Source: Clostridiales bacterium (GTDB lineage: Bacteria; Bacillota; Clostridia; Christensenellales; UBA1242). Taken from it: 64,000 nucleotides of DNA. The position numbers were made by a program, and so were the translations under genes. The stretch covers positions 258,148-322,147 of the forward strand of contig DOEE01000003.1 of the NCBI GenBank assembly GCA_003524095.1. Direction: 5' to 3'. This document shows, one piece after another, positions 26,152-41,100 of the stretch (its first letter is position 1; each line of letters opens with the position of its first letter). Under the pieces are notes generated by a model. It was given only the letters and a program-made list of their open reading frames with translations. It ran no database searches and was not told the DNA's origin.

Positions 26152-29100
26152 GGCAAAAATAGCAAGTACGATAACATGAAAATTGAATTTGTTTCGTGCA
26201 AGGACTATGCTGATAACGATATTCAAAATAATACCGTTGTTTTTTCGTCTGATGCTAGCAAAAACCATTTTACTTTGATGCTCAAAGTGACGGGTGTTGA
26301 TAGCAAAGTTGATAGACGTATTGAGTTCTCGGTTGACAATCCTACAGTTATTATGCCAAATGGCGGAAAATATTATGAATCGCTTGGAGTAACCGAAGCA
26401 TATTTTGATATAGTTGGCGATGGTGAAACTATTATAAGAGCAAAAACTATAGAAGGAAACAAGACTTTTGACTATGCTATCAAAGTCAGTGTTCCAATTC
26501 AAAGTTTTGAAGTTAAAAATAATTTGATTCCTATAATTAGAAATTCTTCGATTGATTTGTCTGATACCGACAAATACATTTCTTTCTTCCCATCAAACAC
26601 AACTCAAAGAGAGATTTCCTACAAGGCAATTGAAATCAATGAGATTGATAGGGGTGAGGTTGACAAAATTAATGCCAAACTATCAATTAATCCACGTGTA
26701 ATTGATACAACGGACCTAAAAGACATAACTTCGTTTATTTTGGAAATAACTTCGGTATATGATTCAAGTCTAACTCAACAAACAATTGTTAATATTTTGG
26801 ACAAAATGGATACTTCCGAATTTATCTTTGAAGAAATTATCCCTTCTGATGAAGACCCAGAAACACATTACAATCAATTAACTGTTCGCACCAATGAATT
26901 AACAAATGAACGTACATATTCTTTGATGCTTGGTCTTAACAATGATACTGAACATGCTAAGTTTAGTTCTTCTATTATAGAACTTAAAGGATTGAATTCA
27001 TCTTCTGGTGAAACATATGAATTAAATTCCATTGTAAATAATTTCAAAAAGTTTGAAAGTTTAGATGGGGCTATTAGTGCCGAAGATTATAGATTCTCAA
27101 AATATTCGGTTAGAATCAAAGGACTCAAGGAAGACGGCTTTGTTGAGGGGCTTGGCAATGAACTTATGATTACCAAACTTCCTAATAATCAATTCTTGTT
27201 TGCAAGATCAAGTAGTCCCGCTGTTGACAAAGTATATACTATTACATTTGTTGTAGACTACAACACTTTTGAGGGAATGTTTGAAACTATAGAAATACCA
27301 GTTCAAGTTACTATGAAAATGTTCCCAAAAGATATATTCCTATTTGCAAGCGAAAGCGACATGAAGTCGGGCAGGGATAATCATAATCCTAATGTTAAGT
27401 CGCTTGGCGACAACCAAATTATTGCTTACAAAAAAGGACGTATGCCTGTTTGGGTCGATGTTTGGAGTGATTCAAATTCGCTAGAAAGACAACAAGTTAA
27501 AATTACTTGTGATAACGAAAATATTGTAATTGAAGATAATAATGGACGTAGAATTGACACCATTACTGGTGGTGAAATTTTCTATATTCGTCAACAAGAA
27601 AATTCGCCGGAAATTACCGGAGAAGTAAATTTGACATTTACAAGTACTGTTTATTCAGAAATTTCCAAAACAGTCAAAATTTCTTGTGTTAAAGACGATA
27701 CTCAAGTTATATTTGACAATACAACTATTTATCTCAATCCAGCCAACTACAGCGATCAGACAAGTTCTGTAAATATTGAAAGTATAGACTTAATTGCCGA
27801 AGGATATCTTAGATTTACTGGACTTCCTACCAAAGAAGGCACTGAAGACCAAGATTATTCGACAGTTAATGTTCATGTTGAAAATACAACATTCTTTGAT
27901 TTTGAAAAAGATATAAATAATAATACTTTGTGCTTTAGGAATATCAAAAACAAATTAGGCTCTGTTAATGTAACAGTTACTTTGCCTAATGGTGAATCTG
28001 CAACAAGAGTGTTCAAAGTGGCTTATAATTTTGAAGACCCATCGTTTTTGAGTATTCAATTTGAAGATTTTGAAAACTACGATACTGACAGCCTATCTAG
28101 TACTCTCAAGGAACGTGTAGACGATTACGGCTTCAAAATGAGTGACTATAGTTATAAGTTTGTTGGTGTCAAATCCGATGAGGTTGCAAGCAAAACTAGA
28201 AAGACTAAGTTGTTGATTGGCAAGACTTACAGTTATTATTTCTTGCTTGGCAATGCTGGAATGACTCAAACTTATTACGACTTGTCTGGAATTCTCAAGA
28301 CAGTTAGTATAACTAGTTCAAATAGTTCTTGTGTTTCCATCGAAGGAAATTTGATTAAAGTCAAAGATTATTCGGACACACCAGTTACGCTTAACTTTGT
28401 TTATAGACCGATGGAAGGAAATAATTTGCAAGAAAATATTTGTATTTCTATCAAAGTCTATTTTGAAAAACCTATAACTTCAATATATACCGAACAAAAT
28501 AACTATGATATTTATGACTTTAGTACTGTTAATCAAAACGTAACTATTGGAAATACTAGTGAAACTTATGTTAGCAAATATGCAATCAAAACAATCCAAC
28601 TTCACTTTAATCCAACCAATGCAATCAGTCCTAGTAATGTTGACTGGAGAGTGGGTGGTGCGGTAGGTGCTAATGGCTACTATAGTATGAGTGCTGATAC
28701 AAAAGATGCTAATGGCAAAATAATTAGAACATTCATAATTGATGGCACTGACGGAAAGGGAACTGTATCTTTGGAATTCATGGACGAAAATTGTTTATCG
28801 GCCAAATTAACAGTTACTAACATTCCAGGCAATACATTAAGATTTAATATTTATATATTTGCGACTCAACATTATTTGGGCGAAAACGGAATAGAAATTG
28901 CTAGTAGTATTTCGACTATCGCAAGCATTAATGTATCAAAAGCAACTCGTGTGGGCGGAATTAGTGCAAAATTATTTAATAATAGAATTTCTTTTGATAT
29001 AAGAAACATGTCTTATGACCAAGACAGCAAAATGTTTACCCAAAATAATACTGCTAAATTTGAGTATACATTAAACCCTGTAAACGTTGATGGACGAGTA

Positions 29101-32100
29101 AGTGGTACTGGAATCCTTATTAAAGACGTTAGTTATCAACTTGATAGTAGCGATATTAGTTTGGACGAAGTTGCTTTGCAGAAGGGCATAGTAAAACTTA
29201 CTGTTAATAGAATTAGTGGAACTTATGAGAATAATCCAAAATACACCTTGTTGCTTACTGCAAAAGATGGAGGAACTCCTACTAAAATTATTATTTCAAT
29301 TGCTGATGGCAAAAATATTCCTTTTGAAATTGGAAGTGTTCAAGATTTAAGAGATATTGCTGATTTAACAAAATATTCCAAAGCGCTTGAATCAAACTAT
29401 GTTTTGACCAAAAATATTGACCTTCGTGGTGAAAATTGGAGACCTATAGGAACACTAGATAATCCATTCAAAGGTACGTTGAGTGGTAGATATTATATTG
29501 ACGAAGAACAAACAAATTATAGAGATTATAGTATAGTTGGTCTTAATATAAAGGTTGACAATTCTGGCACTCAATGTGAGACAAAACTTGAAAATACCAA
29601 TAGTTATATTAGCATGTACGGGCTATTTGGTTGTATTTCTGAAAAAGCTATTATCAAAAATCTAAGAGTTTATAGTTATTCAATCAACATTACTACTTAT
29701 CTTACAATTGACAATACTTCAAATAGTGCATATTTAAATGAATATGTTGGTGTACTTGTTGCATATAACAAAGGCAAAATTATTGATTGTGAAATTGATG
29801 ATGGAAATCTACATACTCTTAGCGGTGCACAAATTGCCAAAAATTCAAATTCAACTTTGGGAATATTTTATAGTCAAAAATGTAGTGTCAATAGTTTCCC
29901 ATTGTATTCAAGTGTAGGTGGTGTAACCGGTCGAAATAGCGGAACTATTCAAGGTACAAAATTTAAGGGTTTTGTATCATTTGACTCGTCTAATGGAAAC
30001 AAATATGTAAGAAGTGGCGGACTTGCTGGTGTTAACGATGGCGAAATTATTGGCAAGAGTGAAAACTTTGTTGTTTCAAATGGCTTGGAAGAATTTGATG
30101 TTGTATCTGTAATCAATGCTCACAAAGATAGTTCACTACTCAGTGCCAAAAATTCAATTGGTGGCGCTGTAGGTTATAATACAAACAAGGTCTCAAACTT
30201 GAGTGTTAGAACGTTTGTATTCGGAGATACAACTTCACAAGAAATTAAAATTGATTGTGGTGTTGGTGGACTTATTGGTTACAATAGGGGAAATGTTATC
30301 GGAAATACTGTAGTCCCAGTTGTAATTGGAAACGTCAATGTTGGTGGCTTGATTGGTAGTTCAACAAACGATAGTTCTTCGGCTAATTATGAATTTAAAG
30401 TTTTGGATGAAATGAATATTTCGTCTAACAAAGTCCAAATTCTTGATTTCAAAGATATTTATTCTTATATGAATACGGCAGTTAAGGGTGGCTTTAATGT
30501 TGGTGGACTTATTGGTTTTTATAACAACTCTCAAGACAACACTTTGAATAGCAATATAGACCGTTCACAAGATTCCGAAAAATACGCAAGATATACAGTA
30601 ATTAAATATACAAATGCCTTGTCTTACAACTCAGTAACGAGTTATTTTGGAAGAACTACAAATAATTTTGATAGCAATTATAGTTATGATATTTCAAATA
30701 ATCCAAACGGATTATACTTTGGAGATATTGTTGTAACTGACACAAATTCAGACACAACGACCTATGTTGGCGGATTTATAGGTAGTGCAAATAATGCCTT
30801 GATTTCTAGCGGTTATTCTAATTTGTCAATTGTATTCAGTACTAGAGAAGCAAGGTATAGTTTTGGCAATACAAATAATGACTTCATAATAGGTGGTACA
30901 TTTGTTGGCGGATTTGTAGGTTCTATTAGAGGTGTTTCATCTGTATTTAATATCCAAGTGTTTGGAAATATCTACAACAAAAATGCAAGCTTGTCTGTTA
31001 ATTCGGACAAAAACTATGCAGGAAGCTTCTTTGGAGACGTTTCAAGACTTAATGATTATCTCTTTAAAGATGGAGAAAAAACATTTACTCTCAACATATT
31101 GGAAATATGGACAAGCAATGTAACATTCACTAATAACAATGACAAAAAAATAAGCATGGTTATTCCAAATAGCATTGATGAAACTGCTACCAAAATTAAA
31201 AATACATATAATGACCTACTAGACGTTAAGAGTTTGTTGAGTAATCAATATTTGTATGGCTTGACAATGGTTGATATAACTAATAATTTGACTTTAAACT
31301 TTGCAAACTTGATTTCAAGTTACTCTAGTGTTACAATAACCGAAAATCATTCAGGTACTATGCAAACCAAAGAATTGTCTAGAATTTACGGACAAGATAG
31401 ACTAATTTATAATACCGGTTCTTTCGGAGTTGCATTTATGTATAACGGAGATGTTTACTTGTCAACAAAGACTTACATCGAAGTTCCAAGTGTAGTGGGT
31501 TACAACTCATATGCTTTGGGAAGTACTATTAATTTGTATTTGTCTATTAATGTCAAAGACAATAATAATTTGAATTCAACTTCTTATACAAAAGAACTTG
31601 GTACAAAAATTATTACTTTGGATGACTTAAAAGTTGCTTTGGACTTGAGTAATTATGAAATTACAGATACCGAAGAAATTTCAAAGTTGGGCACAAGTGT
31701 AAGTTACTACAGCGATTTGTATGAACGAAAATATCAATATAGTGATGAAACTAAGACTATTACTACAAAAGTTTACTCAAATCTAGTAAGTAAATTTATG
31801 CCAACTTCGGCATTTAGCAAATCTAATAGTTCTTGGGAAGGCACAATAACCGATGAGAGTCTACTTGTTCCACAAGCCTTTGGCAATTTTGATATTATAA
31901 GAAATGCTGACAAAAATCCTGTGGCTTTGAGTGGTTTGTATGTTTCTACAAACAAAAACGAGACAGGAATTGACGAAAGACCTTTGGGTGACGGAACTAA
32001 CTATCTTGACAAACTAAACAATAGTCTAAGATATTACAATCCAAAAATTCATTCTGGTTATCCAGTTGCTATTGCAAAAAATCCAACATTCACTCAAAAC

Positions 32101-35100
32101 AATGATAATTACATTAATCTAATTATTATCTTCAAACCTGAAATTATTGAAATCAATGTGGGTAATGTACTTAGTGATGTTAATTATGTAAATACATGGA
32201 TTAGTGCAGTAGAAACTGCAAACAAATTAAATCCAGAAAACAAGACAATCTTCTATTATGAACTTAAATTTGCAGACAAAAATTCTAATCTTTTCGAATA
32301 TAACAAAATGCCTTGGGAATACAAAAATGGTCAAAAAGTTATTGATTTTGACAAGAATGGAATTTATACATCTATTGACCAAATGTACACAGACTATGTA
32401 ATGGAAGAAATTAATAACAAAAACATTCACAGTTTAAGCGATGTTTTGAAAATTTCAATCCAACCTCCGTTCTTGCAAAACGGCATGATTAAGTTTACTT
32501 CAAGCAATCCAAATGTTGCTGTTATTAGAATTATTGATGACAAAGCATATATTGAGACAAAAAGCACGGGAGTTGTAGAATTTACAATTTCGTCACTTTA
32601 TAATAGTGACATTAAGACATCATTTAAAGTTAACATTATTAATGCGGTTAATACTTTTGAAATGTACGAAAATCAAGCAAATTCCAAAGAAATTAACCTT
32701 AATGACAAAATAACAGTTATCAAAAATGAAGATTTAGCAACAACAATTTATAGCAAACTTAACGGGTCTTTTGATATTCAAAACGAATATTTGAAGACTT
32801 ATGCTTCAAGTGATTTGAAATTAACACTTAATAATGCTGTTAATAGCGAAAGCACTTATGGAATAAGATATATTTATTTAAATAGTGGTGCTGACATATT
32901 ATTTGATAATGATAATGGCGCAATTAATACAATCAAGATTAATGGCAAAAAATTTGCACCAGCATCATTTGCCGATATTTATGGCAAAACGGGATATTAT
33001 TACTATGTAGATGATGATAGTATGATGACCAAAATCACTGGGGTGGAGACAACAACTGAGAGTATTAGACTTCTTGCTGTGCCTTATGTAAACCATGGTC
33101 ATGAAAGGACTTATCTATTTGATTTTGCTAACATGTCATATAATAACATTCAAAATTTAGTAGTTTCGAGTGGAAATAGTCTATGCAAACTTTTGACTAT
33201 TGATGTAGTCGAAGGTGTTTATGATATTTCTTCTACACCAGAAGTCACATTTAAGCCAGTTAATAGTCAAATAATAGATATTGAAGTTAAGACAGACAAC
33301 GAAAATAGTCAATTATTTGTAAATATTTCTGCTAATTCAAAAGAACTTGAATTGTATAGCGATTTGGAAAAATCTACTTCTTTGACTAAACCAAATCTTG
33401 AAAACATCTTCAAACTAAATCTTGATGCTTATGAATTAAAACAAGATTTTGATGTAATTTACTTTGACAAAATGTATATCAAAAATTTGGGGGCACTCCA
33501 AGTTAGAGATAATTCTGGCAAACTTACTTCAATCAAATATTCAGTTAAGATTGGTGTTGCCAACAAATATCTATTTGATAGTGGACTAAATAATGAGTAT
33601 AACATTAAGTTTACAGTTGTTAATTATGAAAAACAAGTTTTGACAAGTGAGACCAAAGTTACAATCGAAAGACAAAACATTGATAACACAATGATTAAAC
33701 ACTTTGCCGGAGTTGATGAATTTACTGAGAATGTAACGGAATATAACTTAAATGACTATTATGAGTCTAATTCATTGGTTACGGGGTATCCGGGACTACT
33801 TCAAATTGATGTTTTCCCAAAATATGCAAACATAGATTATATTGAAATTATTTCGAGCGAAAGCGGTGGAAGATATGTATCTCTTGAACAATTAGTTGCA
33901 AAATATGATAGAACAAATACATACTTTGACGGATACTATCATACATACACTCAAGATAGACAAATAATTCTAAGTGGCAGGGGAATTAGAATGGGTAAGT
34001 ATAGCAATACTTACAATGACGGAAGTGATAATTATTACTTTGACGGAACATTCTATGCAAGAACTGTTGTTCCAAACTTGCCACTTGGAAGTGTGGACTT
34101 TACATTAACTATTAATTGTTATTTGGACGGAAAAATTATTGCTACTAATCAAATAGTAATTAATGTAACCAAACGTCCAACTGTTGATTTGAATATCAAA
34201 GGTGAAAATTTTGGCGTAATTGCACTTGGACGAGAATTAGAAGTGACTGCCGATACTAATACTCAAATAGTTTGGAGTACAGACGAATCGGAAGTCAATT
34301 ATGAACAAGTGATGACTGCCAAAGAACCAGTTTATAATGCAGAAACGAAAGCATACGACATCAAAGTTAAATCAATTCACGATTTGGGTGGCTTTGACGA
34401 AGCATTAAAGTTGGTTGGCAAAAATATTGTTCTCAAAGCAACTGTATCAATTATTATCAAGGGTAGAGTTTATTCAACAAGTGATTCAATTCCAATTAAA
34501 CTTGCATTGTTCACAATTGACGAAGTTGCGGTTAAGTATGTTGAAAATGACAATTTCCAAGGTGTATTTAATCAACCATATGATTTGATGGGATATATTT
34601 CAAAAGCAACATATGACCTAGATTATGACAAAGATGCAGATGTTTCAAAGAAAATTTCAACAATTATCTCAAATTATTCAAATCTACTATCTCGTGCGGA
34701 CAAAAATTCATTCAAGATTTTGTCTAATGGTTATTGGTCAGTTCTTACTGATGAGCCAAACCAAAAGAGCGATTTCTGGATTGAAAGACGTGGGGATTAT
34801 TATGTAATCAAAAATAATATGAGATATACTTCTAGTAGTTTGAAATTAGATATTAATGTTCAATATACTACTATGAGTAACGATGCTGAATTTGGTATTA
34901 TTATCAACCCTAGGTCTTACACAAATAATGACTTTATTATTAACAGAAACAAACAGTTTGGCTTTAACTTTATAAGACTTAGCAACGAAGAATATCCAGA
35001 GCCAATTTATACACAAGCAGAACTTAGCAATATGGAAGAGGGCGGTTATTATATTTTGTTGAGTGATATAACTCTAAATAACTGGACTCCAATTAATACT

Positions 35101-38100
35101 GCTATTGCTTCCCTAGACGGAAATGGATATGTTATTTCAATCAACAAAGATAGTTTTTATGACACTACAATCCAAGCGCCAGCCGAAGGCGAGACTAGTA
35201 GTGAAAAATTATCTCTTGGAATATTCTCCGAAATTTCCGAGAATACAATAATCAAAAATCTAACAATTGAAATGTTGCCAAGTAATGGTGTAATTTCAGA
35301 TGTCATTACATCTTCAAGTTCGGATATAGACATTCCAGTTCAGTATTATTCCGAAGTTAAATTTGGTGTACTTGCTGGGGAAAACAAGGGTATTGTTACA
35401 AATGTAAACATTACAAACAATGCCAATGCTTTGAGAAATGAGCGTAATTCACTCCTAATTAGTAGGGGACTTGCCGAAGATGGCGTAGTATCCAACTTGC
35501 CAACAACAAATACCGTTGAGTATGAAGGTGCTGACAAAGTAGTTAAGACTATTAATCGTAGACTTACAACTATTAATCTAAATTATGGCAACTTGACATC
35601 AGTTTCTACAACAAATAGAATTGGTGGACTTGTAGGTGTAAACTCAGGTTATGTTTCAAACTCAAGTGTTGAAAATATCAACATCAAAGGTCTTGATTGT
35701 GTGGCTGGATTTATTGCCGAAAACACCGGAATTATTAGTAGTTCATATTATATGGGCGGAAATATTAATGCACAAGTATCGGCAGTTTCTACCGAAAACT
35801 TGGGTGCGTCAGCATTCGTATTTACAAATAGCGGACGTATTAAGTATAGTTATAGTGCTGGTGCTAGAATAGTTGAAACAGAAAGTGGTTTGAGTAAGTT
35901 GATTTCGCTTTCGGGAGTTGAAGATTTAACAAAATATATCGGACACGAATATGACAACCCTGCTAGTAACAATAATAAGCATCAACCAATAAGAATGCGT
36001 AGCACGGGTGTTACATCTGAGAGTGGCAATACTGCCGGATTTGTTTATTCAAATACAGGTAGTATTGATGATTGTTATTCAAATATTTTGGTTTATGGCA
36101 GATATTCTGCTGGCTTTGTATTCCAAAATAGCGGAAGTATAAATAATGTTTATACTCTAAGTAGTGTACTAAGTTCTGATGCTAATAATAATCCATTTAT
36201 TAGTTTGATAGATAACAACTCATCTGCTAACAATTCGGGTACAATTACAAACTCTTATTATGTCAAAGCAATAGAATCCGACTTTGGAAACACCGGAGGC
36301 TCTGCTCCAGTTGATTCATATATCAATGAGTCCAAACAAGTTGCAAATGCTATATCTATTACAAAACTAAATCAATATAATACATTTGAATCGTTTGCGT
36401 TTAATTCAAATTACGATTCACTTGCAAATATTAATTACAGAAGCTATGGCAAAGATTATTCAATTAGTGCCATTGATGAAATTGCAAGAAGTGTTTGGTT
36501 CTATCCAACCATTACAATAACTCAAGATAATACTTTCCGTAGTTACTTTAGAAAATCCGATTATACACACGGTGCACCACAACTAGTTAGTGCAAACCTA
36601 AAAACATTCAGTTTAAAATATTATGTTTCGGATAATTCTACTAAGATTATAAATAATGTCTATACTCAACTTATAGATAAATATCCAACAATAAATGTCA
36701 ACTTTAGCAAGAATAGTATCAAAGTTTCAACTATGGAAGTAACTAGTGATGCATTGCTTGCCAGAGTAAAAGCAAATTCACAAAATCCTAATGATGTAAC
36801 AATAAATACGATAGTAAATACACTCAATAGTTACACTGGTAGTTCACTTTATGGAAGTCTAACGGCAAATTCGCTTGACAACGAAACGTTGCAGTATATC
36901 AAAACTTCAATTTATGTTGAAAACGAATTCTATAAGACCCTTAATGAAGTAGATAAACTTAATAAATTCAAAAACGATGTAATTAATTATGTAATTACAA
37001 GCAATGCATTTAAGACAATTTGTTATATTGATGTTGATGTTTATAACTTGGCTGACACAACCATTCCTGCTACAGCAGTCACTTATGATTATTATGCAAT
37101 ACTTGAAAATACTTATGGCGATAGTATTGAATATGGAAATAGTATTCTAAATCCTTATATAATCAAATCTGCAAGAGATTACAACGTATATATTATGCAG
37201 ACTGACGACAATGGGGTTAGTTCAACCGAGAAAAACTTTAAGTCAAACAAACATCTAAGACTTGTTAGAGATATTACATTTAGTAGTCAAGAACTAACAG
37301 TCAAAACATTCAACGTTGATTACTCTGGTGTATTTGACGGAAATGGTATGACCATAAGCGATATTCGTATCAATGCGGACACAACAAAATCTTCAAATGC
37401 TATTAACAAACAACTAACTTCCAACTACGAAGAAGAAGATACTTATGATGATGATAACAATGAGTTGACTCCAAATAGAAAAGCAACATCTGTAGGAATG
37501 TTTGCAAAATTATCTCGTGGAGCAGTTGTTAAGAACTTGGATATTACAATTGCCGAACTATATGGCACTGGTGTCAACTTTGTAGGAACAATTGCTGGTC
37601 AAGTAATTGATAGCAAAATATATAATATCAGTGTATCTGGAAGTGCAGTTGTATTTGGACACAATATTGTAGGTGGTATTGCTGGACGTGTTGAAGGAAA
37701 TAGTTCGGTGGTTAATGCAAAGTCTAATGTTGCAGTAACTTCAACTTATTACAAGATATATAACACTTTTGACAAAAACAATATAGAAATTAGCAAAGAC
37801 TCCACATATAATGTGTATGTTCCAAAGATTTTTGACGAAAAGAAAGATTTGAAAACCACATCTAAATTCTATAATGTTTCGTATGCAGGCGGAATAATTG
37901 GAATAGTTGATTTGGCAAAAGATACTTTGAATTCGTCTATTGATACAAGTTATATAGGAAAGATTAGATTTAATTCGTATAGCGCAGAATCATTTATTCG
38001 TGGTGAAATTGTTGGTGGTTTGTATGGATATGTTGGCGAAAATTCGGTAGTATCAGCAAGCAAACTTTATGCAACTGACTCAGGAAGACTAGATGCTTCG

Positions 38101-41100
38101 AGAATTGCGGGTGGCTTGGTTGGTGAAAACCATGGTATTATTGAGAGAAGTTTTGTAAGTTATACAGCAAACGAACAAAACACAATTGACCAAAAGATAA
38201 ATGAATTATCCAAAGTTTTAAATTACACTCAAACATTTGGCGACACATTATTTGCAAATGATAAATCAATATTTGTAGGAAATGCACACTTTATTGGTGG
38301 TGTAGTTGGACTTAATGTTTGCGGAAGAATTAATAACACTTATAACAAAATAAATGTTTCTCAAATTAATTCACTTTATGCCGGCGGTATTATTGGTGCA
38401 ACAATTGGTGGCGAACTATTTGGTGTTTATACTACTGCAGACGTATACGCATTCAAAGGAATTGGCGGTGTGGTTGGACTTAATGCGGGATATGTGGGCG
38501 AAGATGCAACTTCAAATAATTTGTATATTTCAAATTACGATGCATTCAAGAATGTCTCTTTGGCAACACTCAATATGAAAGGCGTTGTCGCAATTAATAT
38601 GTGGAAATTAGAACACTTGAATGTTAGACGTTCCTACATTAATCCAGTTGCTCAAGAAAATGCAAGTGTCGGTACACTTATTGGCGAAGTTTATACAAGC
38701 GAGAGTTCAAGTGTAGGCGATCTTGTCAAAATTGATGAAATATATAGTAGATTGGTTAATGAAAATATTTATACACTTTCGACTTATTCATTTAGTTCAA
38801 TAACCAAATATAACGAAGCATCAAACAAAAACAATATCAAACTAGAGTTGCTTGGTGAAATTGGAAATGCAAAAGATGTTGACTATATACAAGATGTCAA
38901 TTCTTCAGGAACACTTATTGACGATGGAAAAACTCTCAAAGTTGTTCATGTCGATGATGATAGCAATAAATATGTTGTTAGAGATATTGCAATTGTTGAC
39001 CGAATTATTCATAGCGGAAACATTATGCAATTAATGTATGACAAAACTAATGGATATAGTCTAGTGACAACTTCTCATTATTCTAGACTCAGAAAGTATT
39101 CATCACTAAGAACACTCAAAGAAATCGTGGATAGAGCATTTGATGCTAGTCAATCTACTTTGATGTTATCCAAACTCACATTAAGCGAAGGAATTTCTAT
39201 TTCCGAATCTGAAAATAGAAATTTCCCAAAAGTTTTGATTGTCGATTCAGAAGATAAAGTAGTCAACTCAATTCAAGCACTTCAAACAAGTATCCAAAAG
39301 ATTTATCCGGTTGATGTTTGGAATGCAACAGTTTGGAGCGGAGTGGGTTATAACGAAATCTCGATGGAAAAGACCGATGAAAATATTTTCCCAGTTCACG
39401 AAAATAGAACAAGTGATTTGACCATTGATGTAAGGTGTTACGAAGACTTGTTGCAGGCAAACAAAAATCCAAACGGAAAATTTGTACTAAGAAAAGATAT
39501 TTCAGTTCCAGCAAATGCATCTCCAATTTGTAGTTTGGGAAGTCCGTTCACTGGTTCACTTTATAGTTATGGTACAGAACATTTCAAAATAACTATTGAC
39601 AAATTGGAGTCGATGGGAACCGTAGGATTGTTCTCCGCTGTCAAAGGTGCTACATTTAGTAATTTTGATATTGAAGTTTCAAACGAGATTAAAGTTACAA
39701 ATAGTGGAAACAATAGTTCCGCTGCAGGTGTGCTATTTGGCTACGGATACTCTCGTGGATATAATCCTAATGTTATTTCTAATGTTACAATTACATTCAC
39801 AACACACGGAAAAATAAAAACCAGCAATAGTAGTAATGATATAAATGATTTCTCTGCTGCTTATGTTGGTGCTGTAGGCGGTTTTGCCGATAGCTTGTAC
39901 ATTGACAACTTAATAGTAAACAACCCAGATATAAGTATTTCAGGTTCAACTAACAATGTTACAAATCCTAATATGTATGTTGGTGGATTATTTGGTTATG
40001 CTTCTATTCTTGAATCTTATACTTCAAAGAATATTGTACTAAACAACCCAATTATCAATTTAGATGTTACTTTCGAACAAGGTTCTTATGATACTTTGGC
40101 AGTAGGGAGTGCTTTTGGAAAATTGGTTAATACGGACTCGAGTGTGCTTAATTCTCAAGTTACACTAGGTTTAAATTCCGTTAAGATTACAAACCCAAAA
40201 CTTGACATTAGGTTTAGTGCAAAAGATAGAACACCAGATGTAAATAATTCTAACTCAAAAGAATTTGCCAACTTTAATAGCATTGGAATTGGCGGGGTAT
40301 TTGGTTTGCTTGAAGGAATTAAACGAAGCGAAAGTAATATATTTACAATTAATGATATCAAAGTTGAAAGTACAACACCTGATGAGCCAAATTCAACAAA
40401 ATTCGTAGTTACAAACAATGGTGTTTATTCATCTTCTAAGTATGCTAACAAAGGAAATCTAAATGTCGGCGGACTAATTGGTCAACTTGGTGGAAACAAT
40501 AATGGATTTGTTAATGTAAATAATGTTGAAAATGCTTTGACAGTTATTACTTACAATCACTCAAATACAAGCGATTATTTGAGTAACCAAGATGTCAATA
40601 GTTTTGTAAATATCGGTGCAATAATCGGTGGTGTAGTATCTTCTAGCGGAAAGATGCAAGAATTGCTATCCAATACTAGACTTGAATACACTATGCAAGA
40701 ACTAGATAATGTTGTTGTAAATATTGGCGGAATTATTGGTAAACTTTCTAGCGGAACTGCTTCTAATTTAATAGCGACTAACAATCTCGAAACAGTCAAA
40801 GTTGACGGAAAATCCACTCAAGTGACAACTGGCGAAGATACAATACTTAACATCGGTGGTGTAATCGGTCTTATGACTGGTGGAACACTTACACGTTCCG
40901 GCTTTAATGCAAATGCAACAATGTATTTGAGTCAAAATTCTAGTTCTAATATTAGCATGGGTGGACTAGTTGGCAGAGTTCAGATGACAAAATCCAACGA
41001 AATTTCTAATTCGTTTGCATCTGGTAAACTTAATCTCTATACATCAAAAAATACTCAAAACAATATTATAATTGGTGGATTTATTGGACTAATTAATTCT